IMG/VR virus record: IMGVR_UViG_3300037310_000057
Location: 1 to 40,145 of that record
Length of the DNA: 40,145 bases
Strand: one strand, 5' to 3'
From: a virus
Lineage: Duplodnaviria; Caudoviricetes
Numbering within the stretch: position 1 is the stretch's first letter; every line of letters starts with the position of its first letter. The notes under the pieces are model-generated. The model made no database searches. It was not told the origin of the DNA and saw nothing but the letters and a program-made list of their open reading frames with translations. A program made the translations under genes and the position numbers. Positions 9,385 to 18,399 of this stretch are shown piece after piece.

Positions 9385-11098
9385 TCTGCGGGCTTTCGCT
9401 CTTTGTGGTGCGCTGTTAAGCGTACCGGCTCACGGCGCAATTGCGTTCCGAGATAAGGGTACACCAGACAACGACTTGGCAAGCAACTCTATCACCGTCC
9501 CCGTCCCGGCATCGGCCACGACGGGCGATGCCATGTTCATTCTTTATACGCTGTCGGCAGACGCCGCCGGGGAGGATGGTGATACGCCAACGGACTGGAT
9601 GTTGCTGGAATCAATCACCAACAACGGAACTGGCGAGTCCATTCAGCAAAAAGTGTATTGCAAAATCCATGACGGCAGTGAATCAAGTGTTGTCATAACC
9701 GCAACAGGCGCCGGCACCGGCGACGTTCATTCTGGCCGCATGATCGCATTCAGCGGGACACTCGACACTTGCACCGGGATCGTCGCGCACACCAATGAGC
9801 AGGGCAACTCAGCGGCCAGCAATATTGCACATCCGGGCCTGACTGTTTCCACGGCGAATACCCTCATCATCGCGGTCGGCGGCAAGCGGGCCTGCGAAGC
9901 GTGCGCGTGGTCAACGCTCAGCGGATTCACTGAGGAGTTTGATAACGTCACGACCTCAGGCGACGATCAAAGTTTCGTGCTGGACTACCAGATCCAGACT
10001 ACCGCAACCAATATCTCATCGGGTTCTTTCAGCGCGTCAGCAGGAGACGAAACGCAGATTTCCGTGGCGATCCTCTTGAGCATCAAAGAGGCCGCCAGCG
10101 CCCCTGTTTTTACCGTGGGTCCAAGCGAATCCCCGGCGACCAACGGCTTCACGATCAGCGGTACTATTACCGGCGCCGGTACTCTCACGGTTGAGGCGGT
10201 CGCCTGCAATCCTGGCGATGCGGCTCCGTCCAATGCCGAACTTGAGGCTGGTCAGTGCGGCGGTGGTAATGCTGCCCTGATGAACGCTTCCGAGGTATGG
10301 ACGAGTGGAGTCTCAAACGATTTCCTTCTGACTTCGGCTAACAAGCCGGTGCGGTTCGATGTCTACGTCGCTGGTACTAACGGGACGGACGATACCGCGG
10401 TTACGTCCCTGACGGATCAGGACCGCTCCATCCGTTCCGGTTATCTTTCCGTGGTCATAACTTCTCACTCGACGACCGGAATCTGCAACCTCGATTCTTA
10501 CTTCACGCCTGACTGCGCGGATGGAGACGTTTTCGAGTATGAGGACGATACCAACGAGAATGCTGATTGCAACGTCACGATAGAGGCGGACGGCGACGTT
10601 GTGTTGACCCCGGTCTCAGCCGGAGACTGTGGCGGCCCAGGCGACCGCCGCACCTTCGAGATCAGCTATCAGGACGTGTCCATCGCCACGGATGGCCTAT
10701 TCACCGCGCCGACAGTTGGCAACTTCACGACCGATGATACGATAGCGGTTAACAATTCCGCGCCTTACTACGTAGGAGAAAGCGAAGATTTCCTCTTTGA
10801 GAGAAATGCAAGTCTCGGTTCGGGAGTAGATTTCAAGCCCCGCTGGGAAGATGACGACGGCGATACTCCTATCGTTACCTTTCAGGACGCTCCTCCGGCT
10901 GGTCTGACAATGACATCAGGTGTGCTAACAGGCACGCCCACAACCTGCCAAAGCCTTCCCATTACCGAACGCGCCGCTGATAGTTTCGGCGATTTCAATG
11001 AGCAGGAAATTGAGATAGACATAGGCTTTGTGATTCCGAATGTGGTCGGATTGACCGAAGCTGCAGCGGTTTCGGCCATCGAAGCACCATGCCAATAA
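9368..11098 (+). CDS. Putative exported Cys-rich beta-sandwich/Ig-like protein ending in the N-terminal part of a PASTA domain
   Basis: Start re-called at ATG 9368; MSLRNSLRAFALCGALLSVPAHG|AIAF signal peptide; PPAGLTMTSGVLTGTPT Ig motif; C-term IPNVVGLTEAAAVSAIEAPCQ. Confidence 0.75.
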   Translation: MSLRNSLRAFALCGALLSVPAHGAIAFRDKGTPDNDLASNSITVPVPASATTGDAMFILYTLSADAAGEDGDTPTDWMLLESITNNGTGESIQQKVYCKIHDGSESSVVITATGAGTGDVHSGRMIAFSGTLDTCTGIVAHTNEQGNSAASNIAHPGLTVSTANTLIIAVGGKRACEACAWSTLSGFTEEFDNVTTSGDDQSFVLDYQIQTTATNISSGSFSASAGDETQISVAILLSIKEAASAPVFTVGPSESPATNGFTISGTITGAGTLTVEAVACNPGDAAPSNAELEAGQCGGGNAALMNASEVWTSGVSNDFLLTSANKPVRFDVYVAGTNGTDDTAVTSLTDQDRSIRSGYLSVVITSHSTTGICNLDSYFTPDCADGDVFEYEDDTNENADCNVTIEADGDVVLTPVSAGDCGGPGDRRTFEISYQDVSIATDGLFTAPTVGNFTTDDTIAVNNSAPYYVGESEDFLFERNASLGSGVDFKPRWEDDDGDTPIVTFQDAPPAGLTMTSGVLTGTPTTCQSLPITERAADSFGDFNEQEIEIDIGFVIPNVVGLTEAAAVSAIEAPCQ

Positions 11099-11853
11099 AT
11101 AAACTTTACGAACATAGCAATACGGTTCCGGTTGGCAATGTCATCAGGACCGAACCGGAAAGCGGAACCCTGGTCTCGCCAGACGCTATCGTCACGCTTT
11201 ACATTAGTCTTGGCCCTGGCGGCTGGTTCTACAATTCGGCCAATGCTGACGAAGCGCAAAAGACCCGTTACGCGATGTTTATTGCCGTTAGCATGGATTT
11301 CCCATCTGCTTTCGTTCGGGTCTGGTCCGGTTTCGGTCAGATCACGATCTTGGGGCAGGTCTATACCGGGCTCGGATACCTGGGGCGCGTTTCATCGGTG
11401 CCGGAGCGTTCTAACCTGACCTTCGAGCGCAAGACTTACCAGATCGCAGGCGCAGAAGTTGATCCGTCGCTGATCTCTGAGACCGATCTTGAAGGTTCAT
11501 TTGGGCGATCGGTGACCGAGTACCTGGGTTTTCTAGATGAAAGCGGCGCTTTGCTAGAAGACCCTGAAGTTCTTTTCGAGGGAGAGATCAGCAATATCCG
11601 GCGGATGGACGGCAAAGAATCGGCCATTGAAGTCAACGCCGAGAATCGCCTAACCATGCTTGAACGCGTGGATGGCTGGCGCTATACGCACGAGCACCAG
11701 CAGCAGTTCTACAATGTGAATCCTGAAGATATCGGATTCAATCAGGTCAAGGTGATGGCGACTCGCGAGATATTTTGGGGCGGGGCCAGGGTCGGCGGCA
11801 CTTACGAGGGCGGCGGCGGCGGTCGCCGCCGTGAGGGTGGGGGCCGCCGCTGA
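11089..11853 (+). CDS. Tail tip hub/minor tail protein with an N-terminal partial PASTA domain
   Basis: Core VRVWSGFG...YTGLGYLG...LFEGEI...IEVNAENRL...YTHEHQQQ...GFNQV...EIFWG; located before the NlpC-like and J-like genes; N-term EHSNTVPVGNVIRTEPESGTLVSPDAIVTLYISLGP. Confidence 0.8.
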   Translation: MPINKLYEHSNTVPVGNVIRTEPESGTLVSPDAIVTLYISLGPGGWFYNSANADEAQKTRYAMFIAVSMDFPSAFVRVWSGFGQITILGQVYTGLGYLGRVSSVPERSNLTFERKTYQIAGAEVDPSLISETDLEGSFGRSVTEYLGFLDESGALLEDPEVLFEGEISNIRRMDGKESAIEVNAENRLTMLERVDGWRYTHEHQQQFYNVNPEDIGFNQVKVMATREIFWGGARVGGTYEGGGGGRRREGGGRR

Positions 11854-12248
11854 TGCGTGATCCGCGCTGGCCGCAGCTCCTCGGCGACAAGGTAGAGGAG
11901 TGGCGGGGCCGCGCCTTTAGATGGGGCCGCGCCGACTGCTGGCAATTCGTCGGCGATGCCGTCGAGGCCATGACCGGCATCGATTACCGGGACAGATTCC
12001 CGAAGTACCGCTCGAAGCGTGAAGCGTTGGCGATCCTCGAGAGTACCGGAGACATGCTTGGACTCGCTGAGTCTGTATGGGGTCCGGCTAAACCTCCCGC
12101 GCACGCGCTTGAGGGCGATGTTGTGTTACTCAATCTCAGGCGCGGGCTGACAGCGGGGATCTGTCTCGGGCAGCAGTGTGCCGCAACGGGAACAAATGGA
12201 TTGGTGTTTGTATCCCGCGATGCGGCCGCGGCGGCCTGGAGTATCTGA
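11853..12248 (+). CDS. NlpC/P60-like tail assembly protein (DUF6950-like)
   Basis: FRWGRADCWQFVGDAVEAMTG, GDVVL, AGICLG, terminal AWSI. Confidence 0.82.
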   Translation: MRDPRWPQLLGDKVEEWRGRAFRWGRADCWQFVGDAVEAMTGIDYRDRFPKYRSKREALAILESTGDMLGLAESVWGPAKPPAHALEGDVVLLNLRRGLTAGICLGQQCAATGTNGLVFVSRDAAAAAWSI

Positions 12249-14803
12249 TGCCCCAGGCAATAGCTCCTGTTTTCATTGCTATAGGCGCAAGTGCTACAAC
12301 TGCGCTGGTGCTTGCACAGATAACAGTTACGATTCTTATTAACGTTGCGCTTGGCGCCTTGTCGAAGGCGCTTGCAAAGAATCCGAAGCAGCAGGCGCCG
12401 GCGATCAACGTCACGGTTCGTGATCAGGTCGAGAATCGCCGTCTCGTATTTGGTCGCAAGCGTTGCGGCGGCGCGATGGTGTTCGTGGATGCGACCGGCG
12501 AGAAAAACAACACTCTCTGGTATGTGATCGTCTATGCCGGGCACCAGGTTCAAAAACTCGGCGACGTATGGATCGACAAGATTCGCATCCCGAACAGCAA
12601 TATTGGAGGCGGCGCTGCAGAAGGCGGGGCGGTCACAACGGGCACCTTTGCGAACAAGCTATGGATTTACAAGTATCTTGGCACCTCGACTCAAATCGCC
12701 AATTCGCAGCTAAGGAACGCGACATCCCTGTGGACTAGCAATCATCGGCTGCGGGGGTGTGCATACATTGTTGTTAAGATGGAGCGCGACGATTCCGCAT
12801 ACCCGCAGGGTCCGCCAAATGACGTTACGTGCGAAGTTGACGGGATGCTGTGCTATGACCCGCGCTTAGATACCACAGCCGGCGGATCAGGATCGCATCG
12901 CAAGGAGGATCCTCGGACGTGGGCTTTTACGCGCAATCCGGCCCTTCACCTGTACTGGTACCTGACTGGCGGGAGCGTCCATAACAATCGCGACACGCGC
13001 AAGGTATTGTATGGACTTAGAGAAAACGCATCGCGCATTCCAGATTCCTACATCATTGCCGCCGCAAATAAGTGCGACGAGACGCTGTCCGGCAATGCCG
13101 CGCCTCCGTCTGGTAATCAGACGAGGTACTACTGCGACCTAGAGGTATCAACCGGAGAGACACGTCGCGAAATTATAGAATCAATTCTCGCAACCTTCGC
13201 GGCTACGCTGGTACCCACCCGCGGCGAGTACCGTCTCTATGCCGGTTCATACCAGGCGCCATCCCATGCATTCACCGAAAAAGACTTGTACGGGCAATTG
13301 GAGGTTGAGGATACCCACGACCACGACCGGCGCAGGAATGCTGTCGCTGGTGTTTATATCGACGCTAGCAACGAGTACATCGAGGCAACTACGATATTCC
13401 GTACCGATTCCGGTTACGAAACCCAAGACGGAAGTCGCCGTATAGAAACAGAGATAGACCTGCGCGGGGTGACAAATCAATATCAAGCCCAGCGTCTGTG
13501 CGAACTCAGGCTTCGCAAAACGAGAATGCAGCGATCAATCAAACTGATTGGCGCCCTGAACCTGATGAAGGTCTCCATTGGCGAGACGATATCGTTCAGC
13601 CACTCACGCTTCGGATGGAGCGGACGCGTGTTCCGTTGCATCGAGAAACAATTTGAGCCCCCGATTCCAGGCGGACATGCTGGCCAAGTCATTCTGACCT
13701 GCGAGGCCGATGATGCGGCGGTGTACAATGATTTGCTTACTAATGACTACACGACGGGAACCAGCTCTACTGACACGCTTGCAAAGGAACGCCCGGACGA
13801 GCCTTCCAATCTAAGCTCGCGTGGCATCGAGGGCGCAATCCGCTGGACTTGGGACCGCCCTGCTGTGCTGCTTCCTGGGACCACTTTTGAACTTCGCACC
13901 TCTGCAAGTTCTACGATGTCAACTCCGACTACGCAATATCAGGGGCCAGATCATTCGTTTGAACAGGCGCGCACAACCACGGCGCTGACCTATGCCCAAG
14001 TCCGCTCGGTGTTGCGCGGCGCGACGTCCGACTGGGTGCCCGAAACCAATGGAGTCCCCGGCAAGGCGGCCAATGTTGCGACGGCGTTGAATGCATCCGC
14101 AAGTCCTGGCAGCGTGCTGTCTGCGACCGGATCAGCAAGTCAGACCACGGGCAGCGTCACGGTCACAGCGACCGGCGGAACACCGCCCTATACCTATGCT
14201 TGGACTTGGGCTTCTGGCGGCGCGAGTATCACTATTACTTCTAACACTTCGGCCGCGACAACTTTCAGTGCCACAAGTCTCGCCAATGGGGAGACTCGAT
14301 CCGGGATAGCTCGATGTACTGTAACGGACAACGTGTCAGCGACCTATTCGGTTGATTCTGAGGTGACCATCAAACGACCCAGCGCCGATGTACAGGCGCC
14401 GCTCATATCAATAGATTCAAGCACAACCTCGCCAAATGACGCGATCTGCTCATTCAAGTTTGACAATGACGGACATTGGTACTCATCTCCGACCAGCGCA
14501 ACACCCTCGATTGACGAAGGCCTCTGGTGTGATCCGGTTGAATATGCCGGGGACTATCAAATTAATATTACTCGGACTGGTGGCAGCGAAACTAATTTCA
14601 CTGCCGGTCCGGCTCTCAATACCTGGCACGCGCTGTCGACGGACAGGACTTGGTCGCTATCGAATACAAACAATACCTCGACCGAGATCATGAAGTCCAT
14701 CGCTTTCAAGATTGATATACGCCGCGCGTCCGACTCGGTGATCGTCGCGACGAGTGTTAATAACTGGCTGATCTCAACTGTGAGCGGGGAGTACCTCCCT
14801 TAA
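12248..14803 (+). CDS. Tail tip attachment protein J-like / central fibre with FN3 and Ig-like C-terminal domains
   Basis: Start re-called at ATG 12248; RRLVFGRKR.GG, HRLRGCAY, YDPRLD, NPAL, VTNQYQAQRL motifs; ATGGTPPYTYAW Ig motif. Confidence 0.88.
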   Translation: MPQAIAPVFIAIGASATTALVLAQITVTILINVALGALSKALAKNPKQQAPAINVTVRDQVENRRLVFGRKRCGGAMVFVDATGEKNNTLWYVIVYAGHQVQKLGDVWIDKIRIPNSNIGGGAAEGGAVTTGTFANKLWIYKYLGTSTQIANSQLRNATSLWTSNHRLRGCAYIVVKMERDDSAYPQGPPNDVTCEVDGMLCYDPRLDTTAGGSGSHRKEDPRTWAFTRNPALHLYWYLTGGSVHNNRDTRKVLYGLRENASRIPDSYIIAAANKCDETLSGNAAPPSGNQTRYYCDLEVSTGETRREIIESILATFAATLVPTRGEYRLYAGSYQAPSHAFTEKDLYGQLEVEDTHDHDRRRNAVAGVYIDASNEYIEATTIFRTDSGYETQDGSRRIETEIDLRGVTNQYQAQRLCELRLRKTRMQRSIKLIGALNLMKVSIGETISFSHSRFGWSGRVFRCIEKQFEPPIPGGHAGQVILTCEADDAAVYNDLLTNDYTTGTSSTDTLAKERPDEPSNLSSRGIEGAIRWTWDRPAVLLPGTTFELRTSASSTMSTPTTQYQGPDHSFEQARTTTALTYAQVRSVLRGATSDWVPETNGVPGKAANVATALNASASPGSVLSATGSASQTTGSVTVTATGGTPPYTYAWTWASGGASITITSNTSAATTFSATSLANGETRSGIARCTVTDNVSATYSVDSEVTIKRPSADVQAPLISIDSSTTSPNDAICSFKFDNDGHWYSSPTSATPSIDEGLWCDPVEYAGDYQINITRTGGSETNFTAGPALNTWHALSTDRTWSLSNTNNTSTEIMKSIAFKIDIRRASDSVIVATSVNNWLISTVSGEYLP

Positions 14804-14851
14804 GAAATCTCATGATCTGCAAAATACTGATACCGTGAATGGAGAGTTTGT

Positions 14852-15127
14852 GTGACCGAGGAGGAGCGTTTGACAAGCCTCGAGCGTCAGGTCGGGGATC
14901 TGCGTGTGCTTGTCGCCAAACAGGAACAGGTTGCGGAGCATCTGCAAACATCAAATGAGCGTTTGCAGGGCGCCATCGAAAAACTCAGCGCCAACATTGA
15001 GACTCTGAACGGGGTCATCAACAAAGGGCGCGGCGCGGCAACTCTTGCGCTCGGGCTGGCGGCATTGTTCGGCGCGGGTTTGGCCGCGCTTGCTCTTGCG
15101 ATGCTGAAGAAGATGGGCCTCGCCTGA
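14852..15127 (+). CDS. Coiled-coil protein with a C-terminal TM helix (holin/antiholin-like, lysis cassette)
   Basis: GGAG RBS; heptad region followed by hydrophobic AATLALGLAALFGAGLAALALAML; immediately before the endolysin. Confidence 0.6.
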   Translation: MTEEERLTSLERQVGDLRVLVAKQEQVAEHLQTSNERLQGAIEKLSANIETLNGVINKGRGAATLALGLAALFGAGLAALALAMLKKMGLA

Positions 15128-15531
15128 TGCCGGTATTCAGCAGGCTTTCCAAAGGGAAACTTGAAACCTGCGACCCCCGATTACAAGACATCTTGAACGA
15201 AGCCATCAAGATCGTCGATATCACGGTCATTGAGGGGCACCGGGGAAAGATGAAGCAGGACGAAGCATTCGCGTCCGGCCGATCGCAACTGCCCTGGCCG
15301 CGCGGCAAACACAATGCCATGCCCTCCCGGGCCGTTGACATCGCGCCCTATTTCCCTGATGGGGGGATCGACTGGGCCGACCTCGTCGCATTTGGGCGAG
15401 TGATGGGGGTCATTCAGGCGATTGCACACTCAAAGGGCATCAAGCTGCGCTTTGGGATTGACTGGGACGGGGACATGAAATCGAAGGACGAAAAGTTTTT
15501 AGATGCGCCACATATAGAACTGGTGGACTAA
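15127..15531 (+). CDS. Endolysin, M15-family (L-Ala-D-Glu) peptidase
   Basis: EGHRG..KQ, KHNAMPSRAVDIAP, RFGIDWDGD, DAPHIEL motifs. Confidence 0.92.
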   Translation: MPVFSRLSKGKLETCDPRLQDILNEAIKIVDITVIEGHRGKMKQDEAFASGRSQLPWPRGKHNAMPSRAVDIAPYFPDGGIDWADLVAFGRVMGVIQAIAHSKGIKLRFGIDWDGDMKSKDEKFLDAPHIELVD

Positions 15532-15879
15532 ATGGACCTATTGAAAAGCATTCTCGAAGGCTTTGAATTGGCGTTGCAACATGGCGCCGCCTTGTCCGTG
15601 TTTCTCGGCCTGTTCATCTCAATTGCAGGCACGCAGTACGTCAAGAAGCTGGAAGCGTTCCCGTCGAAGTCGATATGGATTCGTTCCCTTGCATTGCCAT
15701 TAGGATTCTTCCCGACCTTTTTCACCTGGCCCATTCATGAAATGAGCGCGGTCAGGATTTTCCTGTCCCTTGCTGTCGGACTTGGCGCTCCATTCATCTA
15801 CTCGGGAGCGGTGGCTCTCATCAGGTACAAATGGCCGGCGTTCGCGGACAAGTTAAGCGCATCTCCGCCGGAGCCATGA
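15532..15879 (+). CDS. Putative holin (multi-TM membrane protein)
   Basis: Three hydrophobic segments; between the endolysin and spanins. Confidence 0.65.
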   Translation: MDLLKSILEGFELALQHGAALSVFLGLFISIAGTQYVKKLEAFPSKSIWIRSLALPLGFFPTFFTWPIHEMSAVRIFLSLAVGLGAPFIYSGAVALIRYKWPAFADKLSASPPEP

Positions 15880-15908
15880 CGCAAAATGTCTGAGCGCGTA
15901 AGCACCCT

Positions 15909-16514
15909 ATGAGCCCGCTGTCGATGTTCTCTGCGCCGCTAGCCTGGGTAAGGCTTGCGGCTGGTGTAGTCGTGCTCGGCGCGCTGATCTGGCTCGGCGT
16001 GATCGTCAATAGTTGGCACGAAGCATCGCTGCGGCTCGCCGTCGTCGAGCTAGAGCGCGATCAGGCGCTGGCCGACCTGTCCCTGCGCGATACGCAATAC
16101 CTCGAGGCCCAGGAGGCGTCGAATGGATACCAGTCCGAACTTCAGGCTCTCCGTGTTACTGCTTCTCGCGCCCGCGTTCCTATTGCTCGGTTGTGCCCAC
16201 GACCCGCCGCGGCCGACCGCCGATCGATATCCTCCGCCGGGACCGGATCTGATGCAGCCCCCGCCGCCGCCGGGGGAGTTCCGACGGAGGATGAAGTGCG
16301 CCGTGGACGAGACATCGGACCCGAGCTGTTCGAACTGGCGGACAGGGCCGACGAGCTGAGCGCACAGGTACGGGGACTGCAAGCCTACGCGCGAGCCTGC
16401 AGCGCGGCGCCAGACGAGATCGACCCTGCTCCAATCGTTACGCCAGATATGAGGACCCCGCGATCACCGAATCCGTGGGACGGGATGAACGAAATACCGA
16501 AGCGTCCGGCGTGA
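15909..16514 (+). CDS. Rz-like inner-membrane spanin
   Basis: N-terminal TM helix, coiled coil, C-term LADRADELSAQVRGLQAY..AC; contains a nested lipoprotein ORF. Confidence 0.85.
   Translation: MSPLSMFSAPLAWVRLAAGVVVLGALIWLGVIVNSWHEASLRLAVVELERDQALADLSLRDTQYLEAQEASNGYQSELQALRVTASRARVPIARLCPRPAAADRRSISSAGTGSDAAPAAAGGVPTEDEVRRGRDIGPELFELADRADELSAQVRGLQAYARACSAAPDEIDPAPIVTPDMRTPRSPNPWDGMNEIPKRPA
16123..16359 (+). CDS. Rz1-like outer-membrane lipoprotein spanin, nested in the +1 frame of Rz
   Basis: Hydrophobic signal with lipobox LLGC followed by a Pro-rich mature chain. Confidence 0.82.
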   Translation: MDTSPNFRLSVLLLLAPAFLLLGCAHDPPRPTADRYPPPGPDLMQPPPPPGEFRRRMKCAVDETSDPSCSNWRTGPTS

Positions 16515-17020
16515 CGACAATCGCATGGGACGGTCGCGCGCTGGCGTCTGATTCCAGAGCGACTTGGGACGGGCACGTTAAAAGCAATTGCGTGAAGATG
16601 TGGCGCGTCCAGTCGCGCGTCGATCCGGTCAAGGGCGAGTGTCTGCTCGGAATTGCCGGAGATTTGTATTCGGCGCTGCTGTTCAAAGACTGGCTGGAAC
16701 TTGGCGGTGAGCCGCATTTGGTCAAGCGCGGCGTAACTGGCGATGAATGCGATGGCGGCGGGGATTTCGATGCCCTGATCGTCCACCGGCGCGGCGTCTA
16801 CGGAGCCAATTTCCTGTGCAGGCTTGAGCCTATCGGTATGGACGAATGGGCGCATGGCAGTGGCCGCATGGCTGCGCTTGCAGCGATGGCGTGTGGTAAG
16901 TCTGCGATCGATGCGGTCAGGATTGCGGCGCGATTCGATGTTTACACGGGCGGGCGCGTGGTTTCGATGTCTCTGGATCAATCCAGCCCAAAGCGGGCGC
17001 GGAAGAAAGGAAAAACCTGA
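16511..17020 (+). CDS. Ntn-hydrolase (HslV/proteasome beta-subunit-like) protease
   Basis: Start re-called at GTG 16511 (GTGA overlap), giving M-TTIAWDG...ASDSR with an N-terminal Thr; GIAG, AHGSG...ALAAM...AVRIAARFDVYTGG motifs. Confidence 0.82.
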   Translation: MTTIAWDGRALASDSRATWDGHVKSNCVKMWRVQSRVDPVKGECLLGIAGDLYSALLFKDWLELGGEPHLVKRGVTGDECDGGGDFDALIVHRRGVYGANFLCRLEPIGMDEWAHGSGRMAALAAMACGKSAIDAVRIAARFDVYTGGRVVSMSLDQSSPKRARKKGKT

Positions 17021-17307
17021 TGACCGATGCGAAAGCAAGGGCGGTAGGCAAAAGCCTGGCAGATTTCAGGGCGGCCCACGACAAGAGTTTCATAGTACCT
17101 AAGAAAATCACCGAGGCGCTCGCGGTACTGGCGGACTGCTGGGAGTACGAGGCGGCGTTTATCAAGATCGCCGGCATCAGTCAGAGCGACTGCTCCGCCT
17201 ACCGCGAGAAGTTCGAGGACTTCATCGTAGTCGTCGGCGGCAAGACGCAGAAGCGCGTCTGGTGCGGCACGAAGAAGCTCGCAACCCAGCTCCGCGAGAT
17301 GGTCTGA
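17020..17307 (+). CDS. Hypothetical protein (95 aa)
   Basis: TGATG coupling on both sides; host-like codon usage. Confidence 0.8.
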   Translation: MTDAKARAVGKSLADFRAAHDKSFIVPKKITEALAVLADCWEYEAAFIKIAGISQSDCSAYREKFEDFIVVVGGKTQKRVWCGTKKLATQLREMV

Positions 17308-18392
17308 TGGACAAGCCGACTGGCAAGACAGTAACAGACTTTCGGGCGGCGCACAGCCTGAAGTACCGTGTCGAGCGGCTAGAGGCCGACCTCCGGCGAG
17401 CGCAGGCCCAGAGCGCCGACGCCGCCGCGATCAAGGCGATTATTGGCGCCACGGCCGAAAAGGCGGCGAACGCCAAGCCCCCGCCATGGGTGCAGCCGAA
17501 GGAGGCCGCCCCGTCATCGCCAGGTGTGCCGACCCTGTTCCTGTCAGATTTCCATTGGGGCGAAGTGGTCCATCCGTCCCAGATCAACGGTGTGAATACT
17601 TATAACCTGACGATCGCCCGGGCCCGGCTTGCTGACACGGTTAACGCGGCTGCGAAACTTGCAAAGGTCATCAGCCCGAAGATGGACTACCCAGGCATCG
17701 TCGTGCCTCTTGGCGGCGATATGGTGAGTGGAAATATTCACGAGGAGCTGTCGGCCACCAATGAGCTGAACACGATCCCGACCGTGCTGGACCTCTGGGG
17801 GTGCTTGGCCTCGGCGATCGAGTTCATGGCCGACACCTTCGGGCGCGTCTTCCTGCCGTGTGTCTCCGGGAACCACGGGCGTGACACGCGCAAGATCTGG
17901 GCGAAGGATCGGCATCACACGAGCTTCGACTGGATGCTCTATCAGATCCTTGCGAAGCACTTTGCCGGCGATAAACGCATCACCTTCCTGATCCCGGACG
18001 GCTCTGACGCGATCTACAGCATCTACAACACGCGCTACCTGCTCTCGCATGGTGACCAGTTCAGGGGCGGCGACGGTCTTATCGGCCCATTGGGCCCGTT
18101 GACGCGCGGCAATCATAAGAAACGGTCGCGCAACTCCCAGATTGACCTGACCTACGACGTGATGATCTGCGGACACTTCCATCAATACATGCACCTCTCG
18201 AACCTGATCGTGAATGGTTCGCTGAAGGGCATGGATGAATTCGCCTATGCGAACAACTTCGCCTTTGAGTATCCGCAGCAGGCGCTCTGGATCACGCACC
18301 CAGTCTACGGCCCGACCTTCCGAATGCCCGTCTACTCGGAGCGCGCGCAGAGACCGCAGGGCGGGGCGTGGGTCGCGGTTCCCGGCTTTTGA
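17307..18392 (+). CDS. Calcineurin-like metallophosphoesterase with an N-terminal coiled coil
   Basis: Start re-called at ATG 17307; SDFHWG, GGDMVSG, GNHGR, HGD, GHFH motifs all present. Confidence 0.9.
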   Translation: MDKPTGKTVTDFRAAHSLKYRVERLEADLRRAQAQSADAAAIKAIIGATAEKAANAKPPPWVQPKEAAPSSPGVPTLFLSDFHWGEVVHPSQINGVNTYNLTIARARLADTVNAAAKLAKVISPKMDYPGIVVPLGGDMVSGNIHEELSATNELNTIPTVLDLWGCLASAIEFMADTFGRVFLPCVSGNHGRDTRKIWAKDRHHTSFDWMLYQILAKHFAGDKRITFLIPDGSDAIYSIYNTRYLLSHGDQFRGGDGLIGPLGPLTRGNHKKRSRNSQIDLTYDVMICGHFHQYMHLSNLIVNGSLKGMDEFAYANNFAFEYPQQALWITHPVYGPTFRMPVYSERAQRPQGGAWVAVPGF

Positions 18393-18399
18393 GCGACTG

